A program made the translations under genes and the position numbers. Under the pieces are notes generated by a model. That model searched no databases. It worked only from the letters and a program-made list of their open reading frames with translations, and was not told where the DNA came from. DNA of 64,000 nucleotides, from contig CDRNVI010000019.1 of NCBI GenBank assembly GCA_977017575.1, forward strand, positions 372,001 through 436,000. The letters run 5' to 3'. This stretch comes from Paramoeba atlantica. Lineage: Eukaryota; Protista; Discosea. This document shows positions 54,649-64,000 of the stretch, piece by piece; position 1 is the first letter of the stretch; every line of letters begins with the position of its first letter.

Positions 54649-54989
54649 TGTGAAAAAACAAGTAAATTAACACAAAAAAGTAGAAGACTGGTTGCAAATA
54701 CATTTTTTAAACATTTTATAAACATATATTCTGTTGAAAAAAAATTCTTGCTGCTGCAAATACGCAAAATACATGTTGTGCGGGAAGCGCCTAAGTCCTT
54801 CAGATGTAGCTTACATCCTTTGGCAAATTGAGATGTCTCGTCAGGCCAGGCAAAATTGTAGAAGGGACGGCTTGTATATCCGAGCGGCTCGTAGCTTAAA
54901 CTCTCACTTTTTTCCGCACGGGATTCACGCAGACGATGAGCGAGTCACATCTAATATTCAAAAACAAAATGTGTGGGTGGCCTATGATA

Positions 54990-55344
54990 AAGTATTTTTC
55001 GGACCCCAAGGGGCCTTTTTGTGTCGAAAGAATGGTGTGGTTGGAGTCGCATTCTCTACCCAATACGTTCGGTAGGCTTTGCTTCATCACTACGAGTCAT
55101 TTCCCACACGCAAATATCAGATTTAGTGCTCTGAGAGCAAAAATGCCCAAAAATGACCCCATTTTTACCCGAAAATCGGCTATTTTTGGCCACAATCTTT
55201 CCGTTTTCTTCAGCTTTCGAGGCCAAATTTTCTTTTTTAGGCTCTTCGTTAAACGCGGTGGTAGTTTTCCACGCGAAGCGCGCAGCATGTGTGACTTCTA
55301 AGTTGAAAACAACCACCGCGTTTAACGAAGAGTCTAAAAAAGAA
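54990..55344 (+). repeat. 3' part of the hairpin-ended repeat, including the 115-bp palindrome
   Basis: 54990-55190 matches 49060-49252; 55230-55344 matches 27701-27815. Confidence 0.85.
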
Positions 55345-55533
55345 TTTAACTATCAATAGTACAAAAACCACTTGTCTACATGTTCGGGTAACCAGCTGGT
55401 TTGGCTTCAGGGAGAGAGGCCCTCAGAGGACGTTTTTGGCTCGCAGTGGCTGGCAGCGTGTGGCACTGGCTGGCAGCGTGTGGCACTGGCTCGCAGTGGC
55501 GGTCTGCATGGGTTCCTATGTAGGACATACATA

Positions 55534-56257
55534 CATGGGTGGGCACCTTCAGAGTGGGGGGGTCTAAAATTTGTAAAACTTGTTCAGTTTTGGAAAGTAA
55601 TAGCGCATTCGAGAGCTCTCAAACAGTCTGGTGTAATCGTAAAAAGCACTCTGCGAACGTTTACGGGAATCAAAGAAAGCTAGAGTGGTCCCAAACACGA
55701 ATTGCAACTTTTTTTTTAAGCCAAAAAGTCTATTTTTTACAAAAAAAATTCAGTACCCACAATTTCCTCCTTTTTTCTCAATAACGAAGAAAGCGCTTGG
55801 AGACACTCTTTATAGTCCTCTCGCAAGTACTTTTGAGATCGGTTTGAAGTGCCTTGTGTGCACTCTCGATACAAGAGAGGAGATCTCCGCTACTTCAAAG
55901 TGGCGTGCTGTAGCATTGTAGGACCCAGTACGAAAATAATGGACCACGAGAAGCATGCGATGCGACGGCTTTACCTTCCCAGGTGGTGAAGAAGAATCTC
56001 TCTGGAAGGGAAACCGTGATATTCGCGATCGTACACGTTTTTGAGGCATTAACGGTGCAAAAAAACTGAAAAATTGCATCTTCGGGCAAAAATAAATTCT
56101 TAGTTTTTCTGTCATTTATCTCGAATGTCTAAAACCAGGAAACGGATGCTGCCATTACACTGGAAATATTAAGAGCTCTCGAATGGGCTATTGCTTTCCA
56201 AAATTGGTCAAGTTTTACGAATTTTAGGCCCCCCCACTCTGAAGGCGCCCACCCCTG
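55534..56257. mobile_element. Non-autonomous mariner-like element (724 bp) with about 95-bp TIRs
   Basis: TA|CATGGGTGGGCACCTTCAGAGTGGGGGG... and ...CCCCCCACTCTGAAGGCGCCCACCCCTG|TA. Confidence 0.8.
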
Positions 56258-56724
56258 TATGTACTCGTGATAGACGAGTCAGAATCCAGAATAACCAAGT
56301 TTCTCCACCCTACTCCTATGGCACCCCCAACTTGATATTTTGGCGCCCAGCGTACTTTTCGACGCGGGGCTGCTTTTTGACCGGGTGCTACCCGCACATT
56401 CGCGAAATGGCTTCCTTTTTGACACACCCTGACCGTCTCTCATCCTTAACAAAAGCTTTCCGCTATTCGTAAGCCCCCCTTTCGGTAGCCGAAAAGGAGA
56501 CTTCGGCATTTTTCCGAAAAAATGAAGTTTTTCAAAAAAAAAATCAGTTTTTTTAAAGATTTTTAAAAGAGCTGAAAATAGCGGGAACGTGCAGATCTCA
56601 AAATTTTGAACGATAATGTGGTGCCGTAACCCCCATACACCCCCTGTGCGAAAAACAAGGGTGGGTCACTTATTCGTTGGGGGGGTTATATGTAGAAATT
56701 TCGCTTCTAATTTTTTAAATTTGT

Positions 56725-56846
56725 CGCTTTTTTTAAAGCGACAGATAACTAAGGGGCGTGGTCGACGGAAAAAATGTTCGACGGGCCGAAAAGCGACAGA
56801 TAACTAGGGGGCAGTGGGGGGGTGACAGATAACTAGGGGGGTACAG
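56725..56846. repeat. Element end of the GACAGATAACTAGGGG family
   Basis: Three GACAGATAACTA(A/G)GGG copies ending GGGGGGTACAG|TA, as at 42486-42509. Confidence 0.7.
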
Positions 56847-57882
56847 TAAATTGTAAATTTTCGGCCCTGTACTTATTAAAAACTTCCTACCAGTATGAAA
56901 CAGTACCAGGTACTGTATGCCAGATCCCATGCTGCCTCGGACCCTTGTGTGTCATGCTTTTACCGGATTCAACCTGTCCTTGTTGCTATATTTTTCCATT
57001 TTTTACTGTATCTCCATGGAACCACAAGCAACAAGGCCATATGCGTCACAGGACCCTACTACGGAATCACGTGACGTGACTGAACCTACGACATTCATTA
57101 CTATGCAACCCTGTTCCCCGGATTCCAAAGTAAAAGCATGCCGCTCAGCTGATAATCTTGACCGAAGTGCTCATAACATGCCAAAATGCAATGTCCCGTC
57201 TGCGCTACAGCTTTACTATCCACCCATGTCTCACCTCAAACTTTATTCAACGGCTCCAAAAAAGAGCGACCCGGTACCTACGACGATGGATTGGTCGGAT
57301 TTCTAATTAGTTTATACGTAGCAGCAAAAGAGGTCGCATAAATGCACAGCATATACGTGTGTAAACACGCAATTACATGTGTTTCATAAGTAAAATATGA
57401 AAATATGCAAAAATAAACGGTTCTCTATGTTTCTATCATATGAACGTAAACAATGTAGCAATCCGATATTCGGCAATGGGGGTGAGCCCTGATCATCCAA
57501 GCCAATGAAAAGGTAACAAGCACAAAGTACACGATTATCGTACAGATCAAAATGATTGCCTTGACTTCAACTATGCGTGTGAAACGTATAGAGTTCACTC
57601 ATTTTTTCAACATATTACATCAGCATAAAAGATATGCCATATTTTTTCAAGTAGCCGACTTACACGTCAATATTGGATATTCAAATAAAAACTTTTTTCA
57701 AATCTATCGAATTTATAACATCTACAATGGAAAATATGAATAATCTAAATTATGGAACGTGATTCAAATCAAATAGCATCAATACATCGCGAAATCCGAG
57801 TTTCACATGATCAATACAAAAACTCAGCAACGTGGTTAAAAAACAATGCAAAATACACGACGACAGGTAACAAGTAGCTGGG

Positions 57883-59859
57883 CTATTTTTTCTCTTCCGA
57901 AGAACCCTCTGACTCTGGTTTCGCTTCCTGTCCTTCAGTGGAGTTCGAAGACGTGGAACTGGAACCAGTGGTATTCTTGGCGGCAGCTTGCTGATACTCC
58001 GTACGCCCGCACTCCATCACAGCCTTTTGTAGTTTGTCCGTGGCCGCTTGAAGCTCATCCTTGCCCGAATTCGCATTGTCCATGCACGTGCGTAGTTCAG
58101 AGACAAGTTTGCGCACGTTTTCCTTCTCTGCGTCACTAACATATTTCCAGTCTCCTAGTTGACGTTCAGCTGTGTTGAGTTGTGTGTCCGCATTGTTCTT
58201 GCATTCAACTAGATCGCGCTTTTTGCGATCCGCTTCGGCGTGCATTTCTGAATCCTTAATCATTTGTTGTACTTCGGAGCTAGAAAGGCCACCATTCGCC
58301 TGGATAGTGATGTTTTGCTCTCGTCCTGTAGCCTTATCCTTGGCAGTGACGTGGCAGATGCCGTTGGCATCAATGTCAAAGGTGACTTCGATTTGGGGTA
58401 CGCCACGAGGTGCGGGAGGAATACCTACCAAGTCGAACTGCCCAAGGATTTGATTATCCGAGGCCATTTCACGCTCCCCTTGAAACACCTTGATACCCAC
58501 CTGTGTTTGGTTGTCAGCGGCCGTACTGAACACTTGGCTTTTCTTAGTTGGGATAGTAGTGTTCTTGTTAATCATCCGAGTAAAGACGCCACCAAGAGTT
58601 TCAATTCCTAGTGAGAGAGGGGTCACGTCAAGCAATACCAAGCCTTTTACTTCACCGCGCATCACACCTCCCTGAATGGCTGCACCTACTGCAACAACCT
58701 CGTCGGGGTTGACACCTTTAAAGGGCTCTCGGCCAAAAAACTGCTTCACGACTTCAACTACCTTCGGCATTCGGGTCATCCCTCCCACCATGACGACCTC
58801 TTGTACACCTTTCGCATCAACACCCGCGTCCTTCAGACATACTTTTACGGGGCCGATGCTCCTCTGGACAAGGTGTTCAACAAGGCCTTCAAACTTGGCG
58901 CGCGTAAGATTCATTTGAATGTGCTGAGGACCTTCGCTGTTCGCGCTGATGAAGGGAAGATTGATTTCGGTTTGCGTCGCCGAAGACAGTTCACACTTGG
59001 CCTTCTCCGCTGCCTCTCGAACACGCTGCAGAGCCATCTTCTCTTTCGAAAGATCAATTCCTGTAGATTTTTTAAAGTCGTTCAGAATGTGATCTGTCAA
59101 AAGTGCGTCGAAGTCCTCTCCTCCCAGGAAAGTGTCTCCATTTGTCGCTTTCACTTCGAAGACGCCGCCGGCAATCTCAAGAATTGAAATATCAAATGTA
59201 CCACCACCCAAGTCGTAGATAGCAACGATGCGATCCTTTTCCTTGTCCATACCATACGCAATAGCAGCGGCCGTCGGCTCATTGATGATGCGGGCAACAT
59301 TTAACCCGGCAATCTGCCCTGCATCCGTAGTCGCAGTACGCTGTTGATCATTGAAATAGGCCGGGACAGTAACTATCGCGTGCTTTACTTTGCGGCCTAG
59401 ATGACTTTCCGCAGTCTCTTTCATTTTTTGTAAGACAAACGCACCAATTTGTGACGGAGAATACCGCTTGCCGTTAGCGTCCTCGACCCAGGCATCACCA
59501 TTCGTGTGTCGTGCAATCTTGTACGAAACCATCTTCTTGTGCTTTTCAGTCATAGAATCCTCAAAGCGGCGTCCGATCAAACGCTTAACCGCGTAGAATG
59601 TGCTGGAAGGATTCGTCACCGCTTGGCGTTTCGCTGCGTGACCCACAAGCTTTTCTTCGCCCTTAAAGGCAACAATGGAGGGCGTCGTCCGCATACCCTC
59701 GGCATTCTCCAAGACACGGGGCTTGCCTCCTTCCATCACTGCCACACAGCTGTTGGTCGTGCCTAAATCAATACCTATGACGTCTCCGTCAAGCTTGGAA
59801 GTAGCGTACTGACGAATACCGGCTAAGGAAAGCGAACCAAGGGAGCGGCGGACAAGCAT
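57883..59859 (-). CDS. mtHSP70: Mitochondrial HSP70, copy 2
   Basis: Identical to copy 1 except KLVSELR versus KLASELR; stop codon TAG. Confidence 0.97.
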   Translation of the reverse strand: MLVRRSLGSLSLAGIRQYATSKLDGDVIGIDLGTTNSCVAVMEGGKPRVLENAEGMRTTPSIVAFKGEEKLVGHAAKRQAVTNPSSTFYAVKRLIGRRFEDSMTEKHKKMVSYKIARHTNGDAWVEDANGKRYSPSQIGAFVLQKMKETAESHLGRKVKHAIVTVPAYFNDQQRTATTDAGQIAGLNVARIINEPTAAAIAYGMDKEKDRIVAIYDLGGGTFDISILEIAGGVFEVKATNGDTFLGGEDFDALLTDHILNDFKKSTGIDLSKEKMALQRVREAAEKAKCELSSATQTEINLPFISANSEGPQHIQMNLTRAKFEGLVEHLVQRSIGPVKVCLKDAGVDAKGVQEVVMVGGMTRMPKVVEVVKQFFGREPFKGVNPDEVVAVGAAIQGGVMRGEVKGLVLLDVTPLSLGIETLGGVFTRMINKNTTIPTKKSQVFSTAADNQTQVGIKVFQGEREMASDNQILGQFDLVGIPPAPRGVPQIEVTFDIDANGICHVTAKDKATGREQNITIQANGGLSSSEVQQMIKDSEMHAEADRKKRDLVECKNNADTQLNTAERQLGDWKYVSDAEKENVRKLVSELRTCMDNANSGKDELQAATDKLQKAVMECGRTEYQQAAAKNTTGSSSTSSNSTEGQEAKPESEGSSEEKK

Positions 59860-60122
59860 CGTTATAGAATCAGAAAAGTTAAGTAAAATTGAGCTGAAAA
59901 CTTAAAAAATATATGAGAAGTCATTTAGCGCATTAGGTTAAAATCATGAGATCGATGGCTACGAGAAAAGAACGTGTACAAAATTTTAAGATGTTTTTAC
60001 ATCTGTGATGCGATCCGCATATGGTTCTGTTAGAATGAAGCATTTTAGTAAGTGATCATTCCAGATGGGAACTATGGCGCACGAACTAGGTGTTGGACTT
60101 TCACTTTTATCGTGAACTTCGC
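57884..60122. repeat. Right copy of the 2239-bp direct repeat
   Basis: Matches 32240-34478. Confidence 0.95.
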
Positions 60123-61026
60123 TCGTATTTTTCTCGGACCAGTGTTCAGATGATGGTACTTGATCACTCCTCAGTGCTCTTGAATGAACGGAATAAGGAC
60201 CATGTAAAATTTTTCGGTGGTCAGGAACAACATTTTCTGTGCCGTAGCTAATTTCTGGAACAGCTATCCAAGAAGAACCTTGCATCACAATATTCGATCC
60301 CCCCTTGTCCGGAATCCTCTTTTCGCCTTCTTCAATAGTTCCGTTGGTAGGAAGACTATAGACAGCTAAATCGAGTAATAATTCAAATGCTGGCATACTT
60401 GGATTTGAAAATCTCGGCTCTTGAATAATTTTCCTTTGAGAAACGTTACTGTGGGAAGAGTTGAGTCTCGGATCGTACTGGCAGGCTATGATCCGCTCCA
60501 GCAGTCCAATCAGACTGTCACGCATGTACATGGGCGACTCTGTCAAACAGGAATTTGTCAAATAACCTTGCTTCTTTCTTGAAGCTGCGCGGTTTCTAAT
60601 GTGATCAATATTGAATGTCAAAACTTTCGATGAAACGAAACAGCAAGGAACCACATTTTCAAATTCAAGCGTCACTCCTTCGTTTGGAGCAGTGCGGATT
60701 CGCGCACGACGTATTCCCAAGTAAGGACATTTAGACGTATCTTCCACTGACCATACCTGCGAGATACCTTGAATAAGAGGGTCTTCCAGTAATTCTGTTA
60801 TGTAGTACTCCACCGCTTTGTGCTTGCACCGATAATAGAAATATGATCTGCTTGTGTAGGAATTAGAGTTCTTTAATGTTTCCTCATTCTCAAAAATATG
60901 ACCAGGAACTTTGCATTGCTCAAAACATTCTTTCGGATAACACCCACGGGCGTACACCACCTGATGAATCCAGACTTCAAGATATAATTTCCAAGTTAGC
61001 GTACACTCTTCGTCCATTGCTTTCAT
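59986..61026 (-). CDS. HORMA domain protein, REV7/MAD2L2-like
   Basis: KLYLEVWIHQVVYARGCYPKECFE...RCKHKAVEYYITELL matches the HORMA N-terminal pattern (EFLEVAVH.ILY.R.VYP...CHPELNQYI). Confidence 0.7.
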   Translation of the reverse strand: MKAMDEECTLTWKLYLEVWIHQVVYARGCYPKECFEQCKVPGHIFENEETLKNSNSYTSRSYFYYRCKHKAVEYYITELLEDPLIQGISQVWSVEDTSKCPYLGIRRARIRTAPNEGVTLEFENVVPCCFVSSKVLTFNIDHIRNRAASRKKQGYLTNSCLTESPMYMRDSLIGLLERIIACQYDPRLNSSHSNVSQRKIIQEPRFSNPSMPAFELLLDLAVYSLPTNGTIEEGEKRIPDKGGSNIVMQGSSWIAVPEISYGTENVVPDHRKILHGPYSVHSRALRSDQVPSSEHWSEKNTSEVHDKSESPTPSSCAIVPIWNDHLLKCFILTEPYADRITDVKTS

Positions 61027-61176
61027 TCAGCTTTGGACTCCTGCAGTTTAATCTCAGAAGTGACGAAGTCACAAATATCGCATGCAGCGTAGTATTTTAT
61101 ATAGCGTTGTAAAACCTTCGGCTTCTGAGCATGTGGTATCCATTTCGTCTGAAGTTAAGCTACAGTCCTTCGAATA

Positions 61177-61362
61177 ATCCAGGCTAAAGTGGGCGAGGGA
61201 GCTACCGATAACACAGATGCGGCGGTTTCCCACAGGAAAGATGGTATCCTCCTTTTGGTATGAAAGCACTCGGGTGCATACAAAGTAGGAGATACCATCT
61301 TTCCTGTGGGAGGCCGCCGCACCTGTGTTATCGGTAGCTCCCTCGCCTACTTTAGCCTGGAT
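61177..61362. mobile_element. 186-bp foldback MITE with TA flanks
   Basis: About 80-bp arms: TA|ATCCAGGCTAAAGTGGGCGAGGGAGCTACCGATAACACAG... and ...CTGTGTTATCGGTAGCTCCCTCGCCTACTTTAGCCTGGAT|TA. Confidence 0.8.
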
Positions 61363-63191
61363 TACAGAGCCATGAAAACAAGTTCCCTAGGTATGCTTAC
61401 AGCTTCCAACGCGAGGAAGTCGTCGTCCCTGACGCAAAAAGTCAGAAGTTCTGCTTTTGGCCTTGCGCCCCCTCCTTCCTCTACGGTCCTTGGTCACACA
61501 CTTCCAGTCAAATGAATCATGTGTGGCAATTTGCGCTTCGCAAATTGCTTACCGCGAATTTCGAATGATACATGTTCACGTTGTAAACCAACCCTGCGTT
61601 CAAGAAAGAGTCTAAAACAGAAACATTTAGAAAACACTGAAGAATAATTCTGTTCTCCGGCCAACACCTTTTTTCGCCCAAGAATATCAGATTTCCGTGT
61701 TTTGACCTGAGGTTTTGAATTCTTTACCAGTGGGGGTTGGTTAGGCATCTCATCGTAAAAACATCATAGAATCATATCTGGGTTTCCAAGCTCTCAGAAT
61801 ACGGTTTGGCAATCTATTTTGAAAAAATACTTTTTAGTTTTTTTTTCGGTCAAAAACATATTTTTGGGGAGCAAAAAATCCAAAAACAAAATCCAAATCA
61901 TTCCGGATTGCTCCGGACGGTCACTGGCAAGCCAGACCCTTCACAGACAGATTTGGAAGTTCCGAGGCCGACGTCCTCGACCAGTTTCCGCCCGTCCAAG
62001 GCGGCACCAACATGCTGTTACCAACACCCTGCGTCGACGAATTGTACGTCAACACGGCTTACCCAAGAGGTGTAAGCCGGGTAAGGGAGCTGGTTCCCTG
62101 AGGGGAGGGTCCGGGACGGTCCTCCGAGTACTGGGCCTAGTCGGTTCTCAGCCCAGCCTCTTAGAGTGAGGCCGCCAGGAATAATGCGATGAGTGGGTTT
62201 GAACTCGCTATCTGAGCATCATGCGCTTCAAACTTTGAATTCTTGCCATCCAAAGATCCTCGTTCCACACGTTTTTGACCCTGCATAGTCTAACTAGTAT
62301 ACTAGTATATACTAAAACACTAGTATTCGGCTAGTATACTATAGTATATACTATAGTATACTATAGTATATACTATGAGATACCACTTTTTTGTAGACTG
62401 GGTATTTACTAATCGTAATCAACGGACGCATGGAAAACCTCAAGCAATTCAACGTTCAAGGCAAAGGAAGCAGGAGAATATGCTGAATGCTTCATTCTCC
62501 AACAGTTACTTAACAAATCAACCAATAAACTTCCTTAAAAATCAGGAATTGATTTGGTTTACCACAGCGCAGATGCGCACAGAGAGGTGAAAGGATGCTT
62601 ATCCTGAGCGAAAGTTGAGTCGAGTGCGTGAAAAAGTGAGTTGAGGGGTGAAAGGAGTTCAGATCTCGCATTCCGCGCATAAACGCTTCCTCACATATTT
62701 TTCATTGGTATATGATGTAAGAAAAGAAACAGATCAAGAGCGTGTAGCACGAATATACGAATAAAATTAATATATTGTAGTGTAATAAAAAATACTAAAC
62801 GTGGCTATTTTCATCAATGCATAAATATTTATTTATATGTTATTCTGAATTGATAAAGATACCTGAAGGAATACTTCAAGGACTTACACGACACTGAGTT
62901 AAACCACAGAACCCAGTTCCGACGTCAATACATAGTGCATAATAGTACAATAAACCGTTGCTGTGGACGAAACAAGTATTTCGCTTGTTGAACGCTGAGA
63001 AAAAAACCAGAGAAAAATATCTCAGATACGGAGAAGAAATACCACAAAACGGAGCTCTGGACGTACGAATATTATCGCAATATTACCACATATTCTATTT
63101 ACCGCAATTCAATTGATATTTACCGCAATGTATACCCTGTATGCTACGATACTCTATATGTATGATACTCTGTGCGCCATGTAGTTCGATA

Positions 63192-64000
63192 TTATTTTAT
63201 ATGGAGTGTTCCGTGCCAGATCCAGTAGACAATTAGCCATCGCGTGACCCCGCCAAGTTTGGGAGAAGTGACGGCTCGAATTTCATGAGAATGTGCAATG
63301 GATTTCACCACCCTAGCACCTTTCGCAATTAGAATCTCACATTGGTCTTCTATTTCCAGAGTTTGATTCAGTTCGGCAAACACATCGCGTGCCTTTAAAG
63401 ATACTTTCGAGAGAGTTTGCAATGCTTCCTTGAGATGAGCTATGGTGTCCCTGCGACCCTCCTGTCAAGTTTTTCACTGTTCACAGAACGACAAAAAGAT
63501 TTAAAGTACGATTCAGCTTTTTGAGTCTCTTCGTCAAAGGCGCTTAATATATCTTCAAGAGCTTTTCCGAAATACTTCCCCTTCTTTGCCCCCACACGGT
63601 CCCCTGCATAGAAAATCCTGGAGAAGTATGTTCTTACTTTCATAATTTGCAGATTTGCGTAGTGCTGCATTGCATCTTTGGCCATATTATGAAACAAGTG
63701 TCCGAAGCATGGTAATAGCGCGACACGTGGACAGTGCTTCGTCACGCCAATTACAATGTTCTCCCGGTCCGTGCTTCCGATAGAGCTGAGGCGCGAGTAA
63801 AATTCTTCCTCTGCGGAAACAAGAGAGTCACGAATGCCTAACATAGTGGATTCTATTTCCTGCCTAGCCACATTATTTACTGGGGCTCCGTCTGCCATTA
63901 TGAATCGCAACTTTAGGAGTCGGCTCTCGGAGAGGCATGACCGAAGTACTTCTATCAGGGATTGTGCCATCTCGCTACCGTTAAATGATTTGTGTTTAGG
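63192..64000 (-). pseudogene. Third hAT-like transposase copy, frameshifted, 3'-truncated and running off the right edge
   Basis: PKHKSFNGSEMAQSL, LRFIMADGAPVNNVAR, LLPCFGHLFHN and SPKLGGVTRW; frameshift near 63465. Confidence 0.8.

Noticed and set aside
56917-57306. 129-aa plus-strand ORF
   Set aside because: It is opposite to the cluster orientation, lies next to a transposon end and has no recognisable domain.
57870-57885. TAGCCCAG at the right island junction matching the tRNA-like A box
   Set aside because: An 8-nt match is expected by chance and no B box follows.
62296-62376. ATAGTATACT palindromic micro-repeats as a telomere or centromere motif
   Set aside because: Only about 80 bp of AT-rich slippage repeats, with no TTAGGG array or other support.

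Overview
Eukaryotic DNA organised like a kinetoplastid genome; a Perkinsela-like lineage is my inference, not a database result. Positions 1-34.5 kb and 57.9-61 kb hold tightly packed, intronless housekeeping genes, all on the minus strand as in a polycistronic unit. They include an UNC-93-like transporter running off the left edge (missing from the ORF track), YJU2/CWC16, eIF3f, an RMDN-like protein, a PITH protein, RPL22, a MORN protein, a PSP1-C protein, BRF1, MLH1, OPRT, UTP6, CDC50, RPL30, mitochondrial HSP70 (two copies) and a REV7-like HORMA gene. A 23.4-kb island (34479-57883) interrupts this unit and is bracketed by a near-identical 2239-bp direct repeat (HORMA 3' end plus the whole mtHSP70 ORF). 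The island is rich in cut-and-paste DNA transposons: a complete pogo-like DD36D element, a complete Merlin/IS1595 element with 8-bp TSD, a non-autonomous hAT element with 8-bp TSD, decayed Tc1-like and possibly piggyBac-like elements, hAT-like transposases and several MITEs. It also carries an intact Rad6-like E2 gene, a tRNA-Met-like element with two opposed B boxes and a spliced-leader-RNA-like sequence. Four host genes sit in GC-rich patches with the same C-rich-to-G-rich skew inversion.
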